Origin: an uncultured Spirochaetota bacterium
GTDB lineage: Bacteria; Spirochaetota; Spirochaetia; SZUA-6; Fen-1364
NCBI GenBank assembly: GCA_963734545.1
Contig: CAVTHO010000007.1
Span: 608,001-672,000 of the forward strand
Direction: 5' to 3'
Length of the DNA stretch: 64,000 nucleotides
The notes beneath the pieces are model-generated. The model saw only the letters and a list, made by a program, of their open reading frames with translations. It did not search any database and was not told the DNA's origin. Below are positions 50,824 through 60,104 of this stretch, one piece after another; within the stretch, counting starts at the first letter, position 1, and every line of letters starts with the position of its first letter. Made by a program: the position numbers and the translations under genes.

Positions 50824-51972
50824 ATGAAGCTACGGTCCGCTCTTCCGCTTTCCGCCGCGCTCACATTGATTGGAGCCCTCTTCGCATGCACCGCGAACGG
50901 GGGATCGATCTACGCCACGATCGAGACAGAGCAAAAGGTGGTCACCTCGACACTCGAGCAGACGATTACCGTTCTCGATATCGTCAAGGTCGCGTCTGCC
51001 CCGCTGCCGTATTTCGTGGCTGCCGGTGCGGTCTACCACGGGGCACTTCCTGATGCGGACAATGTCATCGGCTGGCCGACTGTCGGCAGGGATCCCGTTC
51101 CCGTCACACCCCCTGCCAAGGGAGCATTGTGTCTGGCGCTGACCTATTTCGACAACGGGGTCCCGCTGGAGAGGGGACTATACGGCGGGTTCTTCGCGGA
51201 TGGGCCTGGCATGGGGTTGTACAAGGCGGATCCCGTGAGCCCGAGTTTTGCCACACCCATTGCAGCCATGTCAGGAAAACAGATTACCCATCTCTACTCT
51301 GACACTCACCAATCTCTTCGCGGTCGTCGCGACGCCGGGCAACAGCGGTTTTACGTACAGTCTCGAGTTCTCGACTGACGGCACCAATTTCAATCCGGCA
51401 ACGACCCCTGACGGCGGTTCCCCTGGCAGGCCTTCCAAGAATAACAGGGGTCGCCTTTTTCAAGGGCAACTACTACGTGACTTCCGGCACGACTTTGTAC
51501 GCCGGCCCCACTCCCACTTCACTGAGCCCGGTCGCCAGCATTCCAAACGGCGGCACCGACGTGCTTGAAGGTCTGACCGCGGACACGACCTACCTCTTCG
51601 TGCCGTCCAATAACGGAACCGTATTCTACACCGACAGACGGCACGACGTGGTCCATCGCCGCCACCAGGGACGAGATAAACGGCCACAGGATCGTCTTTC
51701 TCACGGTCTCGACTCAGGTGGGGACGTCTGGTCCTACTTATCTCGTGGGAGCAGATGGCGCCGGCTTCTACTATCTCAACGCGGGCACCGCCGCCCTCTC
51801 CCGATTCTCCGATGTGACAGTGACAGGCCTGTATGCAGGCTCGGTGCGGCGAATCTTCGTCGATCCGCCGCAAAGCAACACCGTGTTCATGGGCGCGGCG
51901 GGCACCGGACTCTGGCGCACCAATTTTGATCCGGCAACGGGGAACGTCATCTCGACCTGGATCCACGAATAG
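50824..51972 (+). CDS. Putative surface lipoprotein, beta-propeller-like (two or more frameshifts)
   Basis: Lipobox LFAC followed by GSIYATIETE, and a C-terminal GAAGTGLW motif. Confidence 0.55.
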
Positions 51973-51986
51973 GACAGGCCGCAGGC

Positions 51987-52577
51987 TCAGATTATTCCCG
52001 CGAGCTCCGGGTCCTCGTCATAGTAGTGCGCCTTTTTCTCCGCTTCGCTCAGCCCCACGAGCTCATGGCTCATGTAGTGGATCCAGAAATCGTCCTCCGG
52101 TGTCGCGAGCTCATGGAATCGGCACCAGTAGTCCGGCTGGACGGGGAGCTGCTTGGCAAGGTAGCGGCGAAGCTTGTAGTCGTGAACAGCCACCCGTACA
52201 TCTTCCCGCGGGATTCCCTTGTCCATGATGATCTCCACGAGATGGTTGACCGTCCTTCCCGAATCGAAGATATCGTCGACGAGAAGGACCTTGTCCCCGC
52301 TGCGCAGGTATTCCGGGTTGTACGTCCATCCGTCCACGCGCACCCTGTCCTGCAGTCCGACGTCCCGGTAGGAGCGCGCGACGACCGCGGCGTAGAATAT
52401 GGGGCGCCGGTCCTTGCGTTTCATCTTGAAGTACTCGCTCATGACGTTGCCCATCGCCGCCCCGCCGCGCAATGAAACATAGATCACGTCGGGGATGAAA
52501 CCTTCCTGGTGGACCCGGTGCGCCAGCTTGATGGCATTGTTGCGCACCGTCTGGTAAGAGAGGAATTCCTTGCGCAT
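51987..52577 (-). CDS. Type I phosphoribosyltransferase
   Basis: SLRGG and VLLVDDIFDSGRT PRPP-binding loop. Confidence 0.9.
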   Translation of the reverse strand: MRKEFLSYQTVRNNAIKLAHRVHQEGFIPDVIYVSLRGGAAMGNVMSEYFKMKRKDRRPIFYAAVVARSYRDVGLQDRVRVDGWTYNPEYLRSGDKVLLVDDIFDSGRTVNHLVEIIMDKGIPREDVRVAVHDYKLRRYLAKQLPVQPDYWCRFHELATPEDDFWIHYMSHELVGLSEAEKKAHYYDEDPELAGII

Positions 52578-52589
52578 GTGACGGGTATT

Positions 52590-53339
52590 CTACTCGAAAA
52601 GGGTGAGGATTTCCATGCGATCCCGCAGGATCGCGACCGTATGCTCGAAATGCGCCGAATCGTCCCCGTCAGCCGTCACGACCGTCCAGCCGTCTTCAAG
52701 GAGCTCGATGTCGCCGGTGCCGGCGTTGATCATCGGCTCGATGGCGAGCACCATTCCCTCTTTCAGGCGCGGGTTGGGTCCCGGGCCCACGTAGTTGGGC
52801 ACCTGGGGGTCCTCGTGCATGGCAAACCCGGTGCCGTGGCCGCAGTACTCCCGTACGACGCCGAACGTATGACGCGCCGCGTGGTCGTACACCGCGCGCG
52901 AGATGTCGCTGATCCTGTTGCCCGGTACGGCCTGCGCAAGACCCCGCTCGAGGCATTCCTGCGTGACCTGCATCAGTTTTTCGCGCTTCTTCGATGTTGC
53001 TCCCACGGCGAGAGTGATCGCCGCATCGGAGAAATATCCGTTGAGGTCGACGCCGAGATCGATGCTGACAATGTCTCCCTGCCGAAGCTTTCGTGCCCCC
53101 GGAATCCCGTGAATGACCTCGTTGTTCAAGGACACGCACAGTGAGGCCGGGTAGTTCATATACCCGAGGAAGGCCGGTTTGCCGCCGTGGCTTTCGATCC
53201 AGGAACGTGCGAAGGAATCCAGTTCGTGCGTGCTGATCCCCGGAGCAACGAGCTTCTTGAGCTCCTCCAGGGTGACGGCGAGCAGACGGCCGGATTCCCT
53301 GATACCGGCTATCTCCTTTTCATTCTTGAGACGGATCAT
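52590..53339 (-). CDS. map: Methionine aminopeptidase type I
   Basis: CVSLN.EVIHGIP, GHG.G..MHEDP, AIEPM, SAHFEHT. Confidence 0.97.
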   Translation of the reverse strand: MIRLKNEKEIAGIRESGRLLAVTLEELKKLVAPGISTHELDSFARSWIESHGGKPAFLGYMNYPASLCVSLNNEVIHGIPGARKLRQGDIVSIDLGVDLNGYFSDAAITLAVGATSKKREKLMQVTQECLERGLAQAVPGNRISDISRAVYDHAARHTFGVVREYCGHGTGFAMHEDPQVPNYVGPGPNPRLKEGMVLAIEPMINAGTGDIELLEDGWTVVTADGDDSAHFEHTVAILRDRMEILTLFE

Positions 53340-53346
53340 CACGCGC

Positions 53347-53811
53347 CTACTTGCCCGCGTCATCCTTCTCCTTGTCCCTGGCCTTTTCCCTCTTTTTTTC
53401 CTTGATGATCGACGAAAATGCGTCCTCGGTTTCCGTGCCGAACGCTTCTTCGATTATCCGCTTGGCGTCGTCCGTCTGCCCCGACGTGATCGTGACCTTT
53501 CCCTCGGTGATGACTCCCGGCTCGACGATGAGCTTCGGCGTCATGATGTTGCCCAGCACCCTTCCGGTATGCAGGAGGCTGACTTCCTCCGCCGCGGAGA
53601 TATTGCCGATAAGCGTGCCGGCAATGGTGACCCTGCGCGCCTGGATGTCCGTCTTGACCTTGCCCGTCGGCCCGACGGTAAGCTGGTCGTCCGTCCGGAT
53701 GTCGCCCTGGAACTTGCCCTCGATAAGGATGGAACCGTTCACATAGAACCGGCCGTCAAAAATCGATCCTTCACCAATGACGCAGTTGTTCGTATCATTC
53801 TTGTTCGGCAT
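53347..53811 (-). CDS. Bactofilin (polymer-forming cytoskeletal protein)
   Basis: IGEGS.FDG......ILIEGKFQGDI, V.I.G.L.GNI.A...V.L..TG.V.GNI. Confidence 0.9.
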   Translation of the reverse strand: MPNKNDTNNCVIGEGSIFDGRFYVNGSILIEGKFQGDIRTDDQLTVGPTGKVKTDIQARRVTIAGTLIGNISAAEEVSLLHTGRVLGNIMTPKLIVEPGVITEGKVTITSGQTDDAKRIIEEAFGTETEDAFSSIIKEKKREKARDKEKDDAGK

Positions 53812-53871
53812 TGTCTCTCCTTTTGCCGGTGCCGGTCCCTGCAGGATTACCCGCGGTTCGGGAAGAAGATA

Positions 53872-55530
53872 TCACTGTTGTCTCCCCGCTTCAAGTTTTC
53901 TCAATAGCAGGGCGGCGCGAAGGTTCCGCGGGTTCAGATCAAGCGAGCGCAGGAAAGCCTCCCGGGCCCCGTCTTCGTCTCCGTCCAGAAGCCGCGCTGA
54001 CCCGGTCAGCATCTCGATGCGGGAGAGCACGTCGAAGCGCTCCGCGGGATTTCCCCTGCGCGCGTATTCGTCCGCCGCAATGCCCAGCTCGGCAATTGCC
54101 GCTTTCCCGCTGCCGCGGCGAAGGAGAACGAGCGAGAGGTTATAGCGTGCGATTCCGTCGCCGGCAATCGCAGCCGCGCGTCGGAATGCGTCCGAGGCAG
54201 CGTCGTCGTCGCCCCGCATCGCCGCCACCATGCCCTCCGCAAGCATCAACTGCTGTCCCGGCGCGCCACCGGCAGCCGCATGCTGCTGAATGGCGATCCC
54301 GGCGCCATCCCAGTCATGAGAGGCGATCAAGGCCGATGAAAGCGCGGCGAAAATCGCCTTGTCGGAGGGGACTCGATCAAACGCCTTCCAGAGCCTGGCG
54401 CGGTACCCTTCAGGAGACAGGCCGGGCGCCTGCAGGTCGAGAAGGAAGAGCGCAACCTCCCCGTCCTCGGGATTTTCCGCGGCCAGTTTCGAAAGAATCG
54501 ATATCGCATCGTCCACGTTTCCCAGCCGCGACTCGAGCTGGGCCTGCTGAAGGCGGAGCTCCCGTGACTGGGGAAAAAAAGCCAGGCCGTCCTTGAGACG
54601 GCCGCGCGCGAGCGCCATGTCTCCTCTGCCCTCTGCGTGGAAAGCCAGATTGGCATATGCGGTCCAGGTCAGTGCGGGGGCCAACGACAGGGCGCGGAGG
54701 AGCAATTTTCCTGCATCAGCCGGCCTGCCGACCTCCTGGTAGGAGTCCGCAAGGACCAAGGCAACATCCGCGCGGTCGGGCCTGTCCCTGTCCAGCCTCT
54801 TGAGCCGTTCGATTGCGCTCCTGAAATCGCCCCCGTCGTACGAGATCAACGCTGCCGGCTCATCAAAGGCCGGCTCGCCGAGTCCGGTCCCTGCAATGTC
54901 TTTTGCTCTTTCGAGATTGCCTGATTTCATTGCCAGAAGAGCCGCATCCAGTGACAGGCGCGCATCACCCGTGCGGCGAGCTGCGTCGGCGTACACCTCG
55001 GGGCTCTGGCTCTCATCAAGGGAGAGAAGGTCACGGTAGAGAGGTTCTGCTGGTTTCCACTTCCTGCCCCTTTTGAGGACTGTCTCGCCCCGAATAAGGT
55101 CGCCCGTTTCAGCGGGAAGGGAGCCGCGTGCAATCACCTTTTCCGCTTCTGCAAGGCGTCCGGCCCGCACACATGCCAGCGCGGCTGCTGCACGGATGCG
55201 CGCGCTTCCTCCAGCCGCCGAGAGCGCCATGAGCCCGAGTCGGGACATCGCACGATAGTCTCCGCTCGCGCTGCCCGCCTCGAATGCCCGCTTCAGCAGG
55301 CGGAGAAGGTCGTCCTCGCCAGCAGGCAGACTCCTTATTCCGTCGAGCAGGTCCTGCGCAGTTGAAAGCGCTCCGGCGTCGAGCGCTGCGTCCAGCGATC
55401 GGAGAGTCGACAGGAAATCGCTCTGTGGGACGGGGGGAGCGGGATTCAGGATCAGATAGAGCGCTGCTGCGGCCGCCAGAAACGCGAAAACAACGGCCAC
55501 GGCGGCAATGAGCCTGCGCGGGTCCTTCAT
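53872..55530 (-). CDS. Membrane-anchored TPR protein
   Basis: N-terminal TM, Ala-rich TPRs, AFLRSLDLNPRNLRA. Confidence 0.7.
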   Translation of the reverse strand: MKDPRRLIAAVAVVFAFLAAAAALYLILNPAPPVPQSDFLSTLRSLDAALDAGALSTAQDLLDGIRSLPAGEDDLLRLLKRAFEAGSASGDYRAMSRLGLMALSAAGGSARIRAAAALACVRAGRLAEAEKVIARGSLPAETGDLIRGETVLKRGRKWKPAEPLYRDLLSLDESQSPEVYADAARRTGDARLSLDAALLAMKSGNLERAKDIAGTGLGEPAFDEPAALISYDGGDFRSAIERLKRLDRDRPDRADVALVLADSYQEVGRPADAGKLLLRALSLAPALTWTAYANLAFHAEGRGDMALARGRLKDGLAFFPQSRELRLQQAQLESRLGNVDDAISILSKLAAENPEDGEVALFLLDLQAPGLSPEGYRARLWKAFDRVPSDKAIFAALSSALIASHDWDGAGIAIQQHAAAGGAPGQQLMLAEGMVAAMRGDDDAASDAFRRAAAIAGDGIARYNLSLVLLRRGSGKAAIAELGIAADEYARRGNPAERFDVLSRIEMLTGSARLLDGDEDGAREAFLRSLDLNPRNLRAALLLRKLEAGRQQ

Positions 55531-55955
55531 GCCCCGCTCGCGGCCAGCTTCTTTCGTACCCCGTCGAGCACTCCGTTGACAAACCGGTACGAATCAGCCG
55601 TTCCGTACGTCTTTGAAATATCCACCGCTTCGTCGATGGTGACCGTCGGCGGGATGTCGCTCTGGTGCAGGAGACAGTATACGCTCATGCGCAGAAGGGC
55701 GAGGTCGACGCGGTTGAGGCGGCTGAAGTCCCAGTTCTCCAGCTGGCTCTTTATGATTTCGTCGATCCGGGGGAGGTTCTCCAGGGCCCCTGTTATCAGA
55801 AGACGCGCGAAGGCGAGCGTTTCGGGAGACATCTTCACCGCCCGGTCTCCGTCCATCCATGAAAAGTCGAGCAGCTCCGGGACGCTCGCCCCCGACAGGT
55901 CATATCTGTAGAGCGACTGGAACGCGATGATCCTTCCCTTCCTCCGCGCGCCCAT
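55527..55955 (-). CDS. nusB: Transcription antitermination factor NusB
   Basis: RRKGR..AFQ.LY, W...RL..VD.A.LR, IDEAV.I.K.YG, FVNGVLD. Confidence 0.96.
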   Translation of the reverse strand: MGARRKGRIIAFQSLYRYDLSGASVPELLDFSWMDGDRAVKMSPETLAFARLLITGALENLPRIDEIIKSQLENWDFSRLNRVDLALLRMSVYCLLHQSDIPPTVTIDEAVDISKTYGTADSYRFVNGVLDGVRKKLAASGA

Positions 55956-55984
55956 GACTCCCCGATGCGCCGCCGCCTCCCGGA

Positions 55985-57040
55985 TCACCAGTTGATATTG
56001 TCGTCGAACACCTTTATCTCTGCCTGCTTCTTGAGATCCGCGACAAGCTCATCCAGCGCCTTCGCAATGACGTCACGCTGGCGCTGCATGGCGAGAGTGG
56101 TCTTGATGTAATCCCGCACCGGGACCTGGTTCAACGGAGGGACCTTGTCGTCAAGGGTGAGGATCTTTGCATCTGACTTGTTCACCACCTGCACGATGTG
56201 GTAGCCCTGGTTGGATTGGATGACTCCGCTCGTGTCACCCTTCTTCAGCTTGAAGACAGCGTCGAAGAAGTCGTTGCCGAATATCTGTTTCTGCTGCTGG
56301 TTGGACCGCAGGAGAGGGCCAATGTCGCCTCCCTTGTACTTCGAGGTCGTATCTTCGGAGTATTTCATGACCAGGTCCCCGAACGCCGCCCCGGCTTTGA
56401 GCTCCTTGTATATGTCCTGCGCCCGCTTCGCGGCCTTGTCCTTGTCCTCTTTGCTCGTCAGCAGGTGCGTGTCGATGAAGAGATGCCGCAGGACCACCAT
56501 GTCGTCCCAGAAAAAACTCCCCTTGTTCGAATCGTAGAAGTCCTGCACATCCTGGTCGGTCACCGGCTTCACGCCTTCGATGAGGCCCTTTCTCTTTGCC
56601 AGAGTATAGTTGATCATGAGTTTTTGTTCGCGGACGCTCTTGAGATAATCTTCCCAGTTTCCGCCCGACATCTTGACGTATTGCTGCAGCTCCGCTTCCG
56701 TCATGTCCCGCCCCAGGTTGGTGGCCGCGCCGGCCTGTTTCGCCGTATTGGCCAGCTCCTGCTTGACTTCCGCGTCCGAGACGATGATTTTGTCACGCTC
56801 CGCCGCCTGCCCGATGAGAAGGGTAACCACGAGCTTGTCCAGGACGATCCTTCGTTCATCGAGGGTAAGCGCGCGCCTCGCCTGGGCTTCGAACGGCGCG
56901 AGGGCCTTCCGCAGCTGGCTGACGGAGACCGAGGCGGTTTTCGTGAGCCTGACCGTCGCGGCCGGCTTGTCAATCGCCTGTGCCCCGGCCGCCGTGGACG
57001 CGACTGCGAGAATTGTCGCGAGAATCAGGAATCTTTTCAT
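55985..57040 (-). CDS. Parvulin-type peptidyl-prolyl isomerase (SurA/PrsA-like)
   Basis: F..L..KYSED..SK..GGDIG, SGVI.S..GYHI. Signal peptide. Confidence 0.9.
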   Translation of the reverse strand: MKRFLILATILAVASTAAGAQAIDKPAATVRLTKTASVSVSQLRKALAPFEAQARRALTLDERRIVLDKLVVTLLIGQAAERDKIIVSDAEVKQELANTAKQAGAATNLGRDMTEAELQQYVKMSGGNWEDYLKSVREQKLMINYTLAKRKGLIEGVKPVTDQDVQDFYDSNKGSFFWDDMVVLRHLFIDTHLLTSKEDKDKAAKRAQDIYKELKAGAAFGDLVMKYSEDTTSKYKGGDIGPLLRSNQQQKQIFGNDFFDAVFKLKKGDTSGVIQSNQGYHIVQVVNKSDAKILTLDDKVPPLNQVPVRDYIKTTLAMQRQRDVIAKALDELVADLKKQAEIKVFDDNINW

Positions 57041-57108
57041 CGTGAAATACCGCTCCTCTGTTGTGTATGTCGGGGCTGACTGCAGCGATCGTCAGTTAAT
57101 AGAAGGCA

Positions 57109-57918
57109 TCAGGAATTGTCAAGGCACACGGGGTATCCGATCCTTTCCATGAGCTTCTTCACCCCTGACAGCTTCCGATCCAATTGTAGCCCCTTTTGAA
57201 GATAATGCAAAGCTGTGTCCTGCTGTCCCAGTGATGCGTACACCTCGGCAAGCTTCTTGCAGAAGAATGCATTGTCCTTGCGGGAGAAATTCAAGCGGAT
57301 CATTTCCTTCAACCGGGCAATCGCATCTGCCGCCGCGAGGCCGGGAAGCATCTTGAAACACAGCAGGGTCCGCAGGCGGTCGATCACTTCGTCGATGAAG
57401 TGATGGAAGTAAGGCTTGTCCCGCTCGTAGAAATACAGCTTGCGATACAGCTCGTATGCCTCCGCGTAACGCAGCCGGGCCTCGAATACTTCCGCCAGCA
57501 GGAAAGCGCAATCCATGTAGTCTTCCCGGGAGAGATACTTCTCCAGCTCGAATCCGCGCCCGTTCGTGAGGCTTTCATACAGCTCGACGGCTTCGTCCTG
57601 GTGGTTGGCAAGCAGATCGTGGAAAATCAGCTTCGACTGGCTCAGCGGATCATTGGTGCGCCGGCGGAGAAACTCACGATAGTCGAAGCCCTGCACGCGC
57701 AGATAGGCCAGAAGCGCCCGATCATACTCGTCACGCTTGTCGATGTCATTCAGGACCTCGTAGGCGGTGAGGAGCAGGCGCATCTCCTCCTCGGAGCGCT
57801 GCTCAGCCTCGGGACGGACATCGGGGTGTATCTCCTTGGCCCGTCTGCGGAAGGACTTCTTTATTTCCTGGGCCGTGGAGTTCTGGGCAATTCCGAGGAT
57901 TTCGTAGTAGTTGATCAT
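57109..57918 (-). CDS. J-domain (DnaJ-like) protein with C-terminal TPRs
   Basis: NYYEILG, IK..FRR.AK..HPD, AYEVL.D..KR..YD. Confidence 0.9.
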   Translation of the reverse strand: MINYYEILGIAQNSTAQEIKKSFRRRAKEIHPDVRPEAEQRSEEEMRLLLTAYEVLNDIDKRDEYDRALLAYLRVQGFDYREFLRRRTNDPLSQSKLIFHDLLANHQDEAVELYESLTNGRGFELEKYLSREDYMDCAFLLAEVFEARLRYAEAYELYRKLYFYERDKPYFHHFIDEVIDRLRTLLCFKMLPGLAAADAIARLKEMIRLNFSRKDNAFFCKKLAEVYASLGQQDTALHYLQKGLQLDRKLSGVKKLMERIGYPVCLDNS

Positions 57919-58044
57919 CGTAGAGTGCTATGCAGATGGTAATGTCTCACTGGATCGTCTGTCAAGATGTGTGCGCCGAACTGGGTCATTCTGACCCTTG
58001 CGCACCAATTTGACCAATTCATTCGGGCGTGATAGGGTCTTTCC

Positions 58045-58818
58045 ATGTTCGGATTTCTCATCAAGAAGGCCTTTTTCGACATGTGGGACAACCTGTTCCG
58101 CATCATCATCATGAATATTGGCTATATCGCTGTTTTTGCGATTTTTTTCCTGCTTGCGCCTCTCGTGACGTCGCTGCCTTTGCTCTTTTTCGCTGTCGTG
58201 GCTCTCGGAATAGCTGCCCTCTCCGTCTACACGGGGGCGGTAAGCCGGATGTGCGCGGACATCGCGGATTACCGTCAGCCCGGCTTTGCCGATTTTTTCC
58301 GATTCCTGAAGGAAAGCTTCCCTTCGAGCCTTCTCTACGCCCTCGTGCTCACCGCGTACACGCTGGTGGTATGGTATGCCTTCCAGTTCTACGGCGGAAT
58401 GAAAAGCCTGCTGGGGCCGCTCGCCGTCGCTCTCCTGTTCTGGGTCACCGTCGCTTGTGTTTTCGCCGGGCAGTATTTTTTCCCCATTCAGTCACGGCTG
58501 GACAGGAAATTCCGGAAGATCTTTCGAAAAACATTCCTCGTCTTTTTCGACAATCCCGGCTTCTCCATCGGCCTGCTCCTCTGCGCGTTCATTATCCTGA
58601 TCGTTTCATTCTTCACGGCGCTGCTGCTGCCGGGGATTACGACGCTGCTTCTCTGGTGGAACATCGCGTTCAAGCTGCGGCTGTACAAGTATGACTGGCT
58701 CGAGCAGAATCCCGGCGCCAAACGCCGGCAGGTTCCCTGGGACGCTCTCCTGGTGGAGGACAGGGAAAGAGTGGGCAAGCGCACGCTGAAAGGAATGATC
58801 TTTCCCTGGAAGGAATGA
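58045..58818 (+). CDS. Conserved multi-pass membrane protein
   Basis: MFGFLIKKAFFDMWDNL...RTLKGMIFPWKE, five to six TMs. Confidence 0.75.
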   Translation: MFGFLIKKAFFDMWDNLFRIIIMNIGYIAVFAIFFLLAPLVTSLPLLFFAVVALGIAALSVYTGAVSRMCADIADYRQPGFADFFRFLKESFPSSLLYALVLTAYTLVVWYAFQFYGGMKSLLGPLAVALLFWVTVACVFAGQYFFPIQSRLDRKFRKIFRKTFLVFFDNPGFSIGLLLCAFIILIVSFFTALLLPGITTLLLWWNIAFKLRLYKYDWLEQNPGAKRRQVPWDALLVEDRERVGKRTLKGMIFPWKE

Positions 58819-58913
58819 GACTCGGACCTCTTTCCGTACCTCCGTAGGGCGGCAGGCGCGCTCGCGCGCCGGGAGCCCGTGTACTCGTCGGCCCTCTTAC
58901 CGCGCCCGACGCG

Positions 58914-58940
58914 CCTTCCGCTCCTGGCGGAGTTTGCGCG
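58914..58940. repeat. Inverted dispersed copy of the 29.4-29.7 kb repeat core
   Basis: CCTTCCGCTCCTGGCGGAGTTTGCGCG vs reverse complement of copy 1, CCTTCTGTTCCTGGCGGAGTTGGCGCG. Confidence 0.7.
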
Positions 58941-58966
58941 TCATTTGGCGCGGTAGACCTCCCTGT

Positions 58967-59380
58967 CTATGTCACATGCAGCCGCTTTCCGATCTCCTCC
59001 GCCTCGGCGGGAGAACGCAGGATATCCGAGCTCTTGATGAGCATCCCCTCCCCCTCCATGCACTTCATCAGCGCGGAAAGGGATTTGGCAGCGCCGAATG
59101 TCGCTTTCGACACGAATGCATAGGATCTCTTTCCCGCCACGGCCCCGGCCGAGGCGAGAAAAGTGCGTACCGATTCCGGGATCTTGCCGCCGAATGTGCT
59201 GATCGGCTCCGCTCCCAGGACGATGTACTGGTAGATGGTCAGCTTGACATTCGGGTCTCGCGCGCCGTCAAAGGTGTCGACCTGGTTTCCCTGGCTCCCC
59301 ACGCCTCGAGCGATGGCCTGGGCGAGCCCCATGAGCTTGCTACGATTCTGTCCAGAGAAAAAGACTACCGCCACTCTCAT
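58967..59380 (-). CDS. Flavodoxin-fold protein
   Basis: MRVAVVFFS....K...LA.AIA.G, Y.YIVLG, GKIP..V..FL. Confidence 0.65.
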   Translation of the reverse strand: MRVAVVFFSGQNRSKLMGLAQAIARGVGSQGNQVDTFDGARDPNVKLTIYQYIVLGAEPISTFGGKIPESVRTFLASAGAVAGKRSYAFVSKATFGAAKSLSALMKCMEGEGMLIKSSDILRSPAEAEEIGKRLHVT

Positions 59381-60068
59381 CGCTCTTCTTCGCCTCCGTG
59401 TCCGGTTGGTTAAGCAGCTGTCGCAATATCATCCGCGTGCGGCTCACGCAGAAATAGGCTGTCAGCTCTCCTGCAGACGCCTTGCGTCTGTCCGTTGTCA
59501 GGTCCGCCACCTCCGCCTTTTCAAGCGATATCCGGGCGTATCGCACTCTTCCTCTCCTGCTCTTGGTCACCGTCATCTCGAGGTACTTTTCGTCACGCAC
59601 GCGAAAAACCGGGATCTTTTCATGCACGACCATGTTGCGGATCCACCGTATCTCGTGCGCGAGCAGGAGCGTGCGGCCGTCCGTGATGATTCCCTCCGCC
59701 CGGGCCAGGTCGAGCATGTCCACGAGCTCGAGCTCCAGCAGATCATGCCGGGTCTGGAGCCATCTCTTCTCGCCCTGTCGCGCGAACTGGACCGCGCCCT
59801 TGCGATCCAGCAGGACTCCCAGGCGGTAGATGAGACCCTGCTCCAGCAGCGTCCCCGAGAGTATACATGCACTCTCGGCGAATCCGAAGTAGTAGGTCTG
59901 GTGCATCTGCGCGAGGAGGAATTTCACTCTCCCGCTGCCCGGGCTTCCGCCGATGTGAATCCGCTGATAATTGAGATGCGCCCTGCGGACGGCTGCCTCT
60001 CGCAATCTTTTTTCACCATAGCGCTGCCGCAGTGTGCTGAGGTGCCGCTCTGTACTCTCCCCGAGCAT
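59340..60068 (-). CDS. Hypothetical protein with HEPN-like RxxxxH motif
   Basis: AESACILSGTLLEQGL helix and IRWIRNMVVH. Start chosen from promoter geometry. Confidence 0.55.
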   Translation of the reverse strand: MLGESTERHLSTLRQRYGEKRLREAAVRRAHLNYQRIHIGGSPGSGRVKFLLAQMHQTYYFGFAESACILSGTLLEQGLIYRLGVLLDRKGAVQFARQGEKRWLQTRHDLLELELVDMLDLARAEGIITDGRTLLLAHEIRWIRNMVVHEKIPVFRVRDEKYLEMTVTKSRRGRVRYARISLEKAEVADLTTDRRKASAGELTAYFCVSRTRMILRQLLNQPDTEAKKSDESGGSLFLWTES

Positions 60069-60074
60069 TGCGGT

Positions 60075-60104
60075 AGTATAGTTTTTCCGGAAAAACATGG
60101 TCAA
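60075..60104 (-). promoter_or_regulatory. Promoter TTGACC-18bp-TATACT with a perfect 16-bp palindrome in the spacer
   Basis: GTTTTTCCGGAAAAAC at 60081-60096, between divergent ATGs at 60068 and 60097. Confidence 0.6.
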
